In this document: positions 12,167 to 26,080 of the stretch, piece after piece
How positions within the stretch are numbered: position 1 is the stretch's first letter
How the letters are laid out: every line of letters starts with the position of its first letter
From: Octopus vulgaris
Lineage: Eukaryota
Length of the DNA stretch: 64,000 bases
Assembly: GCA_951406725.2 (NCBI GenBank)
Contig: OX597822.1
Coordinates: 21,080,001-21,144,000, forward strand
Direction: 5' to 3'
The notes under the pieces: model-generated
Told to the model about the DNA's origin: nothing
Seen by the model: the letters and a program-made list of their open reading frames with translations, nothing else
Database searches by the model: none
Translations under genes and position numbers: made by a program

Positions 12167-15100
12167 GTACGTATGTATATCTGTTTTACCTCATTTTCCA
12201 ATGTTCCTTGCATACAAGTGAAAATTTTTTAAATTGGAGTAATTATATTTTACAGCTATGTAATACTACCTGTTTCTAGTACTCACCATTGAAGCATGGA
12301 CTACAAGTAGAATTAGCTTCGTTTGTGTATTTGTATGTAATGTTGAGTATATATGTGTATTTCTGTATTTGTGTGTGTGTTTTTGTATTTTTGTTTGTGA
12401 GGCAAAATTGGTGTGAGCAGTTTTGTGTGACCATACTTGGTACTGCATCCAGACATACAGATAGACTTGCATCCATGTATGCAATACACACACACACACA
12501 TATACATATTTATGTATTTTAAAGATTCAAAATCTAAAATTGGTGCGATCTAAATAGAAACTATTGTTGAATCCATTCTTTTTTCTGAATATTAATAGCA
12601 AGCTTGGAAAATAAATAAATCAAAAGTAAATATAGCTATCAACTTCAGTGTGATTCATTGTATTACACATAAAATATCTAGCAGCTGTTTGCAACAGATT
12701 TCTTCTACAAAAAAATATCCTTTATTTCAATTTGGAAAATATCTCAGATGATAATTTTGTTTCTGCTGTCATTGCTATTGTAGTCATTGAAAGAACACAG
12801 CCAAATATTCATTTTACACTATGATTGTTGTAGAAAAAAAATTCTTTGAAACAGCAGTAAGGCTTATAAGCAAAAAGTGAGCAAAAACGTCTGTGGCACA
12901 GTTTCAATTCACAGTCTGTAACATTTTCTTTTATATAATTCTTAGAAGAAGAAAGTCCCGTATCTGACTTTTTACAGGGGGCTTTGTGGTCAGTGAGAAA
13001 ATAGAGGAGGAATTCATCATGAGACCGGTAATCTGGTCCAAATTCTGACAACATACAGTATTCTGTTAAAGGCCATCAGTAAGTTGGTGGTGGTATTAAA
13101 TGGTGCAACAGATAAAATCTACTGTACAACTTAGGCTATCCTTGAATCAGGCTTCCACAGTTTTTATCAAATTTTCCTCACAATGCTTTCATTGACTTAA
13201 GGTTATGGTAGAAGACATTTGTCCAAATTGCTGTGTCACGTGCACAGCACTGAAACTACATAATTTGCAAAGTGACCTTTTTAACCACAAAAGAAGTCTT
13301 CAAGTTGCCAATTGCTTTAAAAAACATGAAAATCCCTACTCCTACGTCTGTTGCCCTTCCCATTTCCACAATGTATTATTTATCTTCCATTAATAGATTT
13401 TACTGTATAAAAATTCTGACTTTTGATGTATCATCACCAACACAATTAATTAGTATTGTCATCAACAACAATCTGGTGTCATCTCATTTGTAAGGCCCAA
13501 AATCCAGGGATTTCACCTCACTACTTAATGAGTCTTCTTTGGTTTTCATCAGGCCCCATATACTACTCACTCATAGTATGCATTTCATTTTAAATCATAA
13601 TCATTTTATATAGCATATCCATACTGATGCATTCATTTGTCATTCATAGATTTATAGGCATTCAGCCACTCTTGACATCATTACACCATTTATGTAATCT
13701 AATTTTGTACATCCAATATTAGCAAAGATTTTCCACCTTCACTATAATGCTATATCATATTCTTAGACATGTTTCTCTTCACTGCCTGCTTTTTACAAAG
13801 TGAAGGTCTTTGTAATTAAGAAGTATAGCCATACACTGAATATTTTCCATGCCTTTATTTCTCATGTTGCTATTCATTTATTATACCCATCTACAGTGCT
13901 TAGTTTGCTCAGCAAACAGAAATTATCAACTATAACTGGGGACCAACCTGGAAAGTTTATGGTCTTATTTTCATGTCTGCTTAACATACCTAAAGTTTTG
14001 GTTTCTTTTCAATCTGGTTTCTTTCCAATCCAATTGCATGCATATCCATTTCACTGAATTGCTCAGTTTTCTCCCTCTACATATTTAGAACTTGCCATAT
14101 ACTGAAATGCTTTACTGTTTGTAACTAACTATTGTATTGATCCTTGCCATACTAAACTTTAAACACTTGGACTATGGACAACTTATTTAAATTCTAAAGT
14201 TTGTTTTTAGCTCTACATTAGATTCTTCAATATGAAACAACTCAAAAACAAACAGTTCAGTGACAAAATGGAAATAAGAGATGTTGCCATATTGATACAC
14301 ATCGGCAAGCCTCTAGTCCATTTTTTTTCCTTTTGCAAAAACCCCTTCTTCTTGGAGCTAACTGGTTGTATACCCCCTTCACTTATGTCCAACTGGGTGC
14401 ACTTGTCCTATCTCCTCTTGTTGCCCACATTCTATCTGCCAGCCTAGGCTCTACACTTAACTACTATATCTAATTGTCACTCCCTAAGATATCATTGTTC
14501 TGGAATTTCTCCTTTGCCAATGATTTTTTAACAAACATCAGCTTACAGTTGATTAAAAAAGTACAAAAACTCATTGATCCACAAATCTCAGAGGACCTGA
14601 GAAAGCCACTCAAATCCCAAACCATTACAAAAATATAAACATTTTCCTCGTGGTATAATTACATAAAAACTTTTTGTTAACCATATTGTACTGAAATGTT
14701 GTTTTGTCATGAAAAATGAATTAAGAATTAATTTAAAAACATTGAAAGCAATTATGTAACAATTTCTAATTTAATTACTCTATACATTAAACAGATAACA
14801 TTCCAAAGTTATTAGATGATTTTAAAACAAGTAAATTTCTAAAATTTACTCTTATTTTTTAGTTTCTAACTACCTTAACTACAAAGTTATAGCATATATT
14901 ATTTCCTATAGATTCTTTATTACAGGAAAACTTATTATGTGTTGTTGAACTGTTTTATGAATCATGTAAAATTTCTGTAAAATATCAAGTTGGCAAGGAC
15001 GAAAATGCTATAAAGTTACCTTCATCTCAGAAATATTTTAATCTTCACTAAATTTATATGAAGTTAAAAGTGAATGTAAGTTCAGCTAAACTCTCTTCAG

Positions 15101-16244
15101 TAAAATAAACATACATTTCCTCAGAGAATATGCAAAGTTACATTACATTTCAAAAGTTATCCAACTAAAGTGATGGTATAGGAACTTGATTATATGTGAA
15201 ATAAAAATTTCAGTTGTTTTTAACAAAATGTTAGATTTATTTCAATGATTTCTGACAATTGTAATGATATTAAGAATATAAATGTTAATTGTAACCTTCA
15301 ACAAGAGTTATATTTTTTTTATATTTCTCTCTCTAATTTGAAATTAAGATTCTCCTCTTGGGGAAATATGCTGTGTTTTGAATGATCTTAGAACAATAAC
15401 TCTTTTCTTTTTGAGAGAAAAAGAATTTTTTAAATGTTGAAAGAAATTAAATCTATATTTTCATTTCTATTTACAATTTTTCACTTTTTATTTCCTGTAT
15501 TTAGTGGGAGTTAAGCAATTTAAACATGGAGTGGATGGAAGCATTTTAAAACTTTATTTTCCAAATATCTGGCCTTGCTATAGCCTTCAGCATCTCTCAT
15601 GTTTTTATTTTTCAACTTTTGATTTGTACAATACTTGAGTTAGTTTTATAGCAGACTTCTAGAATTTATGAATAATTTTAATGGTGATTCATCATTGTTT
15701 CCTCTTTTTTCTTACCACAAAACATATTTATCATATTTGTTAAGAAATGCCAATGAAAATCATGATATAAAAACTTTAATTTAGGCCTAAATTTTTATAA
15801 AACATTTATCCAATAAAACCATTTCAATATTTCATTTAAAAATAAGAACTAAATAATTGGCCTACAACCCCAGAGAAATCTTTATTTCATGAGAATTCTA
15901 TATTCAACAGATTCCTTATTACTAACATATAAAATTTCTCCAACAATTCAATCCTGAATTTGTAAAGTATTGCCTCAAGCACTACAATTAAGTGATGCAG
16001 TCAGAAGATACAGCCTTTGTGCACTCTATATACTTCACATAGTCAATGCCAATGTTTACCTTGCACATAACATCCTCGTAGCAAACTAGCAAATTTTACT
16101 TGGCTTTGTTAGCTTGTAACCTGTAAGAATGGTGTCAGATGATGTCTCATCTCAAATGTAACCTTGTACTCTGATCTCCACTGGCAAGACAAAGTAATAA
16201 TAATGATAATAATAATATTATTATTATCATCATCATCATCATCA

Positions 16245-16276
<32 letters not shown>

Positions 16277-16277
<1 letters not shown>

Positions 16278-16325
16278 GTTAAGATCAGAAGCCATGAGAG
16301 CCACTGCCTGGTACTGCATCAGGGC

Positions 16326-16356
<31 letters not shown>

Positions 16357-16910
16357 GAGTGAGAGAGCAGTTCATGCCATCAAAGTGACACTGGGGTAAA
16401 ATATACGAAGCCCGATATACCCATCATGACTACTCGTCTGATAAGGGTACACCAGGCACATGCATCACAACCATATGTGCGCAACATGGTGATCTCATAT
16501 CAAGATAAACAGCACATGACCTTGCAGGTGGGGCCCAGATAGAATTTTCTTAAGGTTGAGTAGCCCATCCCGCTCAAAAGGTCCCTGAATAAAGGTTGTT
16601 TAAGGATGTTGAAAGAACCACCCATGTTTCCAGAGGTGAATTATTCAAACCCCAAAGAATCCCTCTCAACACATGGCTATGATGCTCCCCCACTACTTCT
16701 GCTCGTGATCAGAGATGCATATATCGTCAGCCACTAAGGGACATGCTCAACTGGTTAAAGTCAAACAACTGACATGCAAATCTGTGGTATTGAGCAGAAT
16801 ATTTGCTGTAGACCATCTTTTATACCAAGACAAAACAATGTACATGATAACACTTCCAATCAGTTAAGATCAGAAGCCATGAGAGCCACTGCCTGGTACT
16901 GCATCAGGGC

Positions 16911-16941
<31 letters not shown>

Positions 16942-17495
16942 GAGTGAGAGAGCAGTTCATGCCATCAAAGTGACACTGGGGTAAAATATACGAAGCCCAA
17001 TATACCCATCATGACTACCCGTCTGATAAGGGTACACCAGGCACATACATCACAACCATATGTGCGCAACATGGTGATCTCATATCAAGATAAACAGCAC
17101 ATGACCTTGCAGGTGGGGCCCAGATAGAATTTTCTTCAGGTTGAGTAGCCCATCCCGCTCAAAAGGTCCCTGAATAAGAGTTGTTTAAGGATGTTGAAAG
17201 AACCACCCATGTTTCCAGAGGTGAATTATTCAAACCCCAAAGAATCCCTCTCAACACATGGCTATGATGCTCCCCCACTACTTCTGCTCGGGATCAGAGA
17301 TGCACATATCGTCAGCCACTAAGGGACATGCTCAACTGGTTATGGTCAAACCACTGACAAGCAAATCTGTGGTATTGAGCAGAATATTTGCTGTAGCCCA
17401 TCTTTTATACCAAGACAAAACATGTACATGATAACACTTCCAATCAGTTAAGATCAGAAGCCATGAGAGCCACTGCCTGGTACTGCATCAGGGCA

Positions 17496-17496
<1 letters not shown>
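16277..17496. mobile_element. Tandem array of unclassified ~560-bp element (two full units and a 50-bp piece)
   Basis: Near-identical units ~16356-16912 and ~16941-17496, terminal piece 16277-16327, separated by (TTA)n. Confidence 0.92.
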
Positions 17497-17549
<53 letters not shown>

Positions 17550-17554
17550 TATTA

Positions 17555-17793
17555 TTATTCAGGGACCTTTTGAGCGGGATGGGTTACTCGACCAGAAGAA
17601 AATTCTAACTGGGCCCCACCTGCAAGGTCATGTGCTGTTTATCTTGATATGGAGATCACCATGTCATGCACATGTGGTTGTGATGGATGTGCCTAGTGTA
17701 CCCTTATCAGATACGGGTTGTCATGATGGGTATACTGTGTTTCGCATATTTTACCCCAGTGTCATTTTGATGGCATGCACTACTCTCTCACTC
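17555..17793. mobile_element. Partial inverted copy of the ~560-bp element
   Basis: Reverse complement of ~16941-17176. Confidence 0.88.
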
Positions 17794-17923
17794 AATAATA
17801 ATAATAATGATAATGATAATAATAATAATAATGATAATAATAATGATAATAATAATGATAATAATAATGATAATAATAATAATAATAATGATGATGATAA
17901 TAGTAACAACAACAGCAACAACA

Positions 17924-19622
17924 ATTTTTCTGGGAAAAATGAACATCAGACATGGAATATTCCAAGATGATAGCTTATCTCTATTACTATTCATATTGAC
18001 CATGACACTGCTCACTATGATACTACAAGAAGTTAAAATAGCTTTTGATTTGGGAAAAGAAAATGATCAGATAAATCATCTCCTTTTCATGGATGATATA
18101 AAGGCTTATGTGAGAAATGAAAAATCGCTTGAAACTCTTGTATATATCTTCTGCATTTCCTCAAATGACATAGGCATGGAATTCGGGATAGAAAAGTGTG
18201 TTATTTTGAAAATGAAATGAGGAAGATTTGAAAGAAGCCAGGGAATTGGAATGTGAAATAGGCAAACAATGAGAACAGTGGAGAAAGGACGGTGGTATAA
18301 GTACTTGGGAATACTGGAAGCAGATGAAATAAAAAATGAAGAAATGAAACAAATTACCAGTAGGGAGTACTCAAGGCGAGTGAGAAAATTATTGCAGTCA
18401 AAGCCGAATTCAAAGAATCATATTGATGCAATAGATTCAAGAGCAGTACCCTTAATCAGATATGAAGTTGGAATTATAGACTGGACCAAAAACGAAATAA
18501 AGAAACTTGACAGAAAAACTAGAAAGTTGTTGACAATGTATAGAGTCCACCATCCAAAAGGTGGTATCAACCAGCTGTACTTGAGGAAAGACCAGGGTGG
18601 AAGAGGCTTAGTAGTAGTAGAAGAATGTGTACAGATCGAAAGAAAAAGCCTAGTAGAGTATTTATAGAACAGCATAGAAAAACTACTAAAGACAGTGAGT
18701 AAAGAACAGGTGATCAAAGTGAGTAATAGATGAAAAAAAAAACAAGAATAAAATTGAAAGAGAATAAGTCAGATTGAAGAGAAACCTTTACATGGTCAAT
18801 GATGTATATGGAACAAAATTTTGGGCTTTGTTAAAAAAAGGGCAGTTAAAAAAAAAAAACAGAGAGCCTAATTGTAGCAGCCCAAGATCAAGTTATAAAA
18901 ACAAACAGCTTGAGAAAAAATACATATGGAGAGAAAGTGTCAGAAAAATGTAGAGCCTGTAGAACTTCGAACGAGACAGTGGCACACATTGTGACAGAAT
19001 GCCCCCAAGCTGGTACAGGAAGAATATAAGAAATGGAGACACGACCATGTTGTAAGAGTTTTACACAGGAAACTTTGCCAGAAATGGGGATTTGAAGCTG
19101 GAAAATGTGGAATATAATCATTGTTTCGAAAGAATATTGGAGTTGGAGAAATGTAAGATTTTCTGGGACTTTTCTATTCAAACAGACAAGAAATTAGAAA
19201 ATAACAGAGCAGACATAGCAATTACAGATAAAAAAAATCAAAGTCGCTTACTAATCAACTCACCATGCCCATCTGATTCCAGGATCATAAAGAAAGAAGA
19301 TGAAAGACAAAAAAAAAAAAAAGAAAATACAATACCTCAAAATTTGAAATAGGAAGAATTTGGAGTATGAAAACTCTAAATGTCGTGCCTATAATAGTTG
19401 GTGTGCTGGGAACAGTAAGCAAAGATATAGACAAATGGCTGAAGGAAATTGGAATAGAATACTCTGTACAGGAAGCTTGTCTCTTAGGGACTGCAAGTAT
19501 TATCAGGAGGGTTCTAAGGACTTGGAAGATTGCTGAAAACTTGTGGATACCTAAGGTTACTGGCAGTGACTCACTACCTACATAAATCCTACCAGGAATA
19601 AGACCAAAGAATTCAAATCAAA
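17924..19622 (+). mobile_element. Decayed R4/Dong-type non-LTR retrotransposon (RT, CCHC, RLE)
   Basis: GIFQDDSLSLLLF, HLLFMDDIK, YKYLGILE, QGGRGL, CRACRTSNETVAHIVTEC, WDFSIQTDKKLENNRADI, VVPIIVGVLG; flanked by (AAT)n. Confidence 0.9.
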
Positions 19623-19669
19623 ATAATAACAATAGTAATAAAAACAATAATAATAACAACAGCAACAAT

Positions 19670-20300
19670 AAGACTGAAATCTGGAGGGTGGAGTTTGTCA
19701 ATTGATTCACCTACAATTTTATTCTATCAACCCCTGGAGGATAAAAAGCATAGCTGAGTTGGGTAGAATTTGAACTCAATGCAAAATCTAGAGCAAATTC
19801 TACAAAGAATTTTGTATAACATGCTAATAATTCTACAAATAATAATTGTTTCAAATTTTGACACAAGGCCAGCATTTTAGGAGAGGGGTAAATCGATTAC
19901 ATCAACCTCAGTACCTTACTGGTACTTTATTTTACTGACCGTGAAAAGATGAATAGTAAAGTAGACCTTACTAGCATTTGAATTTAGAATGTACTGCAAA
20001 GAAGAATACTGCTTAGCATTTTCTCTCATGCACTAACAATTCTATGATTTCATCACCTTAATAATGATGAAGATAATAATAACGATGGTTTCAAATTTTA
20101 GCACATTGCTAGCAATTTTGGTGGTGAAGGGTAAGTTGAGTACATCAACCCCAGTGCTCAACTAGTATCTATTTCATTGACCCAGAAAGGATGAAAGACA
20201 AAGTAGACCTCAGCAGAATTTGAACTCAGAATGTAAAGATATACAAAATGTCACTAAGTATTTTGCCCAGCATGTTAACAATTCAACCAGCTCACTGCCT
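19670..20300 (-). mobile_element. Three head-to-tail copies of tRNA-derived SINE family B
   Basis: ~200-bp units sharing GAAAGGATGAAAG-CAAAGT-GACCTC-GCAGAATTTGAACTCAGAA, separated by AAT-rich spacers. Confidence 0.8.
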
Positions 20301-20323
20301 CAACAACAACAACAACAATAATA

Positions 20324-20879
20324 CGCTTTGATGCAGTACCAGACACTAGGCCTCATGGCTTCTTATCTTAACTGATTGGAAGTGTTATCATGTACATGTT
20401 TTGTCTTGGTATAAAAGATGGGCTACAGCAAATATTCTGCTTAATACCACAAATTTGCTTGTCAGTTGTTTGACCTTAACCAGTTGAGCATGTCCTTTCA
20501 TGGCTGATGATATGTGCATCACTGATCATAAGCAAAAGTAGTTGGGGAACATCATAGCCATGTATTGAGAGGAATTCTTTGGAGTTTGAATAATTCACCT
20601 CTGGAAACATAGGTGTTTCATTCAACATCCTTAAACAACCATGATTCAGGGACATTTTGAGTGAGATGGGCTATTTGATCTGAAGAAAATTCTAACTGGG
20701 TCCCACCTGCAAGGTCATGAACTCTTTATTTTGATATGAGATCACCATATCATGCACATATGGTTGTGCTGCATGTGCCTGGTGTACCCTTGTCAGAAGT
20801 GTAGTCATGATGGGTATATTGGGCTTCATATATTTTACCCCAACATCATTTTTATGACATGCACTGCTCTCTCACTCAG
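20324..20879. mobile_element. Full-length ~560-bp element, opposite orientation to 16356
   Basis: Reverse complement of 16356-16912, more diverged. Confidence 0.9.
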
Positions 20880-21105
20880 TGATAATTATGATAAACCTTT
20901 CTCCCATAGGTACAAGGCCTATGTGAGCATTTGAAGGCACTCAAGGTACCAAGCATCCCACCTCGGTCTATGCCTAATCCAGGTTTGCAGCTCAGTCAAA
21001 GAGACGAGCTGTGAAAAAGTGAGTCTCTCATAAACAGTGACCACACCTGGTCACCATAAAGGAAACATTGGAGATGCTGTAGCCTGAGCGCATGCCTGTG
21101 CTTCA

Positions 21106-21137
<32 letters not shown>

Positions 21138-21138
21138 G

Positions 21139-21178
<40 letters not shown>

Positions 21179-21187
21179 TAATAATAA

Positions 21188-21408
21188 TCCTTTCTACTAA
21201 AGGCACAAGGCTTGGGTTTATGCGGAAGGGACTGGTTGATTGCTTCAACCCCAGTGTTTCACTGATACTTGATTTATCGAACCTGAAAGGATGAAAGGCA
21301 GTCAACCTCAGCATAATTTGAGCTCAGAACGTAAAGACAGCTGAAATACCATTAAGCATTTTGCCTGAAATGCTAATGAGTCTACCAGCTCACCACCTTA
21401 CTACTACT

Positions 21409-21446
<38 letters not shown>

Positions 21447-21675
21447 ATGATTATAATAATTTCATATTTAGGCTCTAGGCCAGCAATTTTGAGGAGAGTG
21501 AGTTAATTGATTAAATCAGCCATAGTACTATGCAAATACTTGATTTTATTGGCCTTGGAAAGATGAAACACAAAGGTGACTTTGTTGGGGTTTCACTTCC
21601 AGAGCATAAAGAGATGAAGAAATACAGTGAGACATTTTGTCTGCTGCTTTAACTGTTCTGCCAATCCACCAATAA
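21188..21675 (-). mobile_element. Two SINE family B copies
   Basis: ~21188-21400 and ~21460-21675 match 20085-20300. Confidence 0.75.
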
Positions 21676-21838
21676 TAAGTAAAACAAAAGTAACACACAA
21701 AACAACAAATGAAAATATAAAAAAAAAAAAAACAATTATCAAGAGTGAAAACCCACAGAGGTAGAACTAATATTTGCTAAATAACAGAACACTACAACAC
21801 CTTCAGAACAGAGACTAACAAAAATTGAAGCAGAACAA

Positions 21839-21970
21839 AACAAATAAACTATAAACAGCAAGGAATTATCATTGTCATCATCATCATCATAATCATCATC
21901 ATCATTGTTGTCGTAGTCAAACAAATAAACTATAAACAGCAAGGAATTATCATTGTCATCATCATCATCA
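21839..21970. repeat. Local tandem duplication (~81-bp period)
   Basis: AACAAATAAACTATAAACAGCAAGGAATTATCATTGTCATC occurs at 21839 and 21920. Confidence 0.9.
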
Positions 21971-22019
21971 TCGTCGTAGTCATTATTGCCATTGTGATTG
22001 TCCTCATTATCATCATTTA

Positions 22020-22267
22020 CATCTTCATTTTAATGCCTGATTTTCCATGCTTCCATGGACTGGACAGATGTTCTACTGCCAGGTACCCTTCCTGTCATCA
22101 ATTGTTGCCTGTTTTTCAAGCAAGGTAATATTAACCCTTTGGTTGGATATGTATTCACAGGAGATTGGAAATGGATGGTACTGCTTGTGTGATGATGATG
22201 TTTATTTACAATTGTTGCACAATGTCAAGACAAGAAGACAAGCACACATATCCACACACTTATACAA

Positions 22268-22339
<72 letters not shown>

Positions 22340-22445
22340 TTGTGCATGTGTACAATGGGCTTCTTTCAGTTTCCATATACCAAATCCACTCACAAGGCTT
22401 TGTTCAGCTTGGGGCTATAGCAGAAGACACTTCTCAGGTTGCTGT
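22020..22445 (-). mobile_element. SINE family A variant with RTE-like 3' module
   Basis: 22345-22445 matches family A 5' domain; 22020-22255 matches 57603-57835 and resembles the RTE 3' terminus. Confidence 0.6.
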
Positions 22446-22599
22446 GCACAGATTAACATATAGAACAAATATACAGTGAAAAAGATTGAAAATAAGAGAA
22501 AAGATATCTCATTTCTTAATAAAATCTATTTTTAAAAAAACTACAATTGGAAAGAAAGTGACACAAATATAGTAGAATTATAAGGTAACCAAAAGAGAA

Positions 22600-23750
22600 A
22601 TAGCCAAAAATCAAAGAAGGCTTGGAACTGGAGTTTCTCACTAAATAACAAAGAATCCCTCAGTATGAAAAACAGCAAATATTCTTTAAACAAAACAAAG
22701 AACTTCACTTGAGCCTAAAAGACATTTTTATGAAAAAACTTGATAAAATGCATGAAAACAGAAATCAGTACCACTCCAATAGGAAAGGAATTAGTAGAAT
22801 TTTGAAGAGGTGTATGTACATATAAGAGGAGCAAAGGAATTACTACAGACAAGAATTGCTCATAACTACAGACCTACCACATGTCTTCCCAGAGTTTATA
22901 AAGCCTAACCTACAATGATATTGCATCTCATTAATGAACATGTAGAAGAAGAATCTGTTTTCAGGAGAGCAGAAGGGATACTGCAAAGACTCATGTAGTT
23001 GTAAAGAACAGTTATTGATCAAGAAAGCTACCTCACCAAAGACAGCCAATGAAAATAAGAAAGGATTTGGTCATTGCATGGACTGAGTAGCAGAAATAAC
23101 ATGAGAGTATTTCTCACATATAAATCCTAGAAGCACTAGCCATGAATAAATTCACACCAATAATAAGAGAAAAGAAAAATATTTCATGACTCAATTGCAA
23201 ACAATTTTGAAGATGGATATGGAAGGAGGAATTATAAAAATCATACTAAGCTCCATTAGAAAAGGAATATTCCAATAAGACATCTTTTGACTCCTTTTCT
23301 GTCTGGCACAGACATCTTTAACTGCCATTTTAAACAGGACTGGACATGGATACAAGTGATAGGATTAGACAATCAACCATTTTTATGTATGGATGACCTC
23401 AAGTTATATGCTGTAAATAATAATTAATTAGAAACACTATTGCAAACAATGCATGGAGTTACCAGGAAAACTGATATAACATTCAGATTAGAAAAAAAAA
23501 TGCCCAAGCAACCTTAGAAAGAGAAAAGATAATAACACTAATATCTTGTTAGATAAAGAAACTGAGATACGATAATCACATCAAATAGAGACATACAAAT
23601 ACTTAGGAATCGATGAAGTTGACAGAATGCAACATACACAAAAGAAGAAAAAAACATTAGGAAGGAATATCATAGATACATTTACTTAATATTTGAAGCA
23701 GCAAACTGCAAACAAGTAATAAGGTAATAGTGACCAATACTTTATCTCTC
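22600..23750 (+). pseudogene. Older R4/Dong-type RT remnant
   Basis: NYRPTTCLP, EQKGYCKDSCSCKEQLLI, MDDLKLYA, YKYLGI read across stops and frameshifts. Confidence 0.75.
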
Positions 23751-23791
23751 TGTACAATAAGTTATTGTTATATTTTCAATTTGATACTAAA

Positions 23792-24170
23792 ATCCAGCAT
23801 TAGTTCATGGATGTATAGGTCTTTATTATATAATGTACATATAATGCATAATGTGCATTTAATCAATATCCAAAAACTTACCTAGTTTGGAGTGGGTGAC
23901 AGAGTGAGTGGTGAGGTCATGCTTGAAATTTTTCGAATTTTTAAGTATGAATTGTTTCTTCTGCATGCAAGGGAAGAATATTTTCTCTCTAATATTTAAA
24001 ATATTCATTGTTGATGTTATAATATTAAATTTTCTCGTGATACAGAGGTTGCATTTATTGCTCTGTCCCCTATATTTGTGTGACTTAGCTATGATGCTCC
24101 CGTTCATATGGGGATTGTTCATACTCCTCTCTTTCAATGTCCATACCATATTGGATGAATCTGTTGTGTC
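23792..24170 (-). mobile_element. PLE endonuclease C-terminal fragment and 3' end, copy 1
   Basis: VWTLK...SIIAK..KY....KCNLCITRK..I.....NILNIREKI...C, typical of a PLE GIY-YIG C-terminus. Confidence 0.75.
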
Positions 24171-25574
24171 TTTGCGAAAAACAGTCAATCTACAACTTAA
24201 CTGCCATGATCTAACAAGAGCAAATAGACATGCTAGGAAAATAATAACTTCATTTATAATACACCACTCAAAATCCTTCTGTAACTAGAAAACTATTCTA
24301 CATATCCACTGTTGGATTACAAGAATATCGAAGTAAGAGTCATGAAAATTAATATAAAAAGTTATGAAACATCAACAAAACAAACAACTGATTTCTATTT
24401 TCAAGGAATCTGACAAAATACAAAGCAGGGGCTGAGATGGCAGATTATTCTGCGCAACACCAGCAGTTGGTAAAAGTCTAAAATATCACTTAGAAATAGA
24501 TCTGCATGTTTGGGGAAGATACAAGCCATAAATGTAACACCTGTACATAATCAGCACTTATTTTATTGGCCATTGACTCTATAAAGATAATAAAGCCAAC
24601 TCTTATTTAAGAGAATGCACAGTGATGTTGTTAAATAGTGTAGGGCAATTTGTCAGTCACTCTAGTAATTCTGCCACTAGCCACAATGACAATAACTATT
24701 AAGTTTACTGAGTTAGTGATCTAGAAGTTTACTGACTGGTAAAGTTGGTAGAAAAAACTGAAATCACATAAAGGTTTAATCTTTATTTGATCTAATTTAC
24801 AGTTTCAGTTCCCAAATCCTTTATCTCCTTCACATTTCACTCAGGTTATCGTTAAGGTTAATGAAGATTGAGATAATCTTGAAATAAAAATTGTTAAAAT
24901 GATGTTAATCAATTTGTTACATCAGTTCTATCTAAAATCATCATCATCATCATCATTTCCTTTCCAAACTAGTATGAGCTGGAGGGTTCACAACAAACAG
25001 AATTAGCACCTATTCAGAGGTACTGGTGACTCAGACAAGTTTGGAGACAGCATCATGCAAAGAGGTATTTCACTTTTGGTTTGGTTCCTATGATCAGATG
25101 CCTTTCCTAACACTAACTACGTTATGGAATGTAGTAAAGAAAATTGGTTATTGGTGTGTATAAAAAAGGGCAACTTCTTTTGTATTACATAAAAAAGTTA
25201 TGGGAAAGGTATGATAAATATATTTAATTGATTTCAACTTTACTTAATTTTTACTAATTATTTGATTGCCCCTCAAAATGCTGAAAATATAAAATAAATA
25301 ACACAGAGAAGTAACATGTCTTATTCTTTTGAATATTAGTTTCTCTTGAAATGATATATATATATATATATATAGCACATATACATATTTACATACATAT
25401 AATAAAATCAATAAAAAGCAGACAGTGAACTTGCTGTAAGGATTTCATAGATTTCTGATGCCAAAACTTGGTCTATGGAGTTTTAAGTTCATAAGTTTAT
25501 ATATATATGATTTTCTTGTGAATCATGTAATGTCATGAATATGTGCTATGCATATAAATCTGTGTAGTTAGGGA

Positions 25575-25950
25575 ATCCATCATTAGTTCATGGATGTATA
25601 GGTCTTTATTATATAATGTACATATAATACATATTGTGCATTTAATCAATATCCAAAAACTTACCTAGTTTGGAGTGGGTGACAGAGTGAGTGGTGGGGT
25701 CATGCTTAAAATTTTTCAAATTTTGAAGTATGAATTGTTTCTTCTGCATGCAAGGAGAGAATGTTTTCTTTCTAATATTTAAAACATTAATTGTTGATGT
25801 TATAATATTAAATTTTCTCGTGATACAGAGGTTGCATTTATTGCTCTGTCCCCTATATTTGCATGCCTTAGCTATGATGCTCCACTTTATATGGGGATTG
25901 TTCATACTCCTCTCATTCAGTGGCCATACCAAATTGGATGAATCTGTTCT
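25575..25950 (-). mobile_element. PLE endonuclease C-terminal fragment and 3' end, copy 2
   Basis: Direct repeat of 23792-24170; IKWSIIAKACKYRGQSNKCNLCITRK. Confidence 0.78.
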
Positions 25951-26039
25951 CTTTGGGAAAAACAGTAACCACTCTCCAAGTTTTCCAGCTATGCTAAAAT
26001 TGTGCAGTTTGTGGCATATCATACCATGATCATGGTAAA

Positions 26040-26075
<36 letters not shown>

Positions 26076-26080
<5 letters not shown>

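Noticed and set aside
16356-16912. Hammerhead in the 560-bp unit (CTGATGC, CTGATAA, and CTGAAGA in other copies)
   Set aside because: No properly placed GAAA or stems I-III could be built
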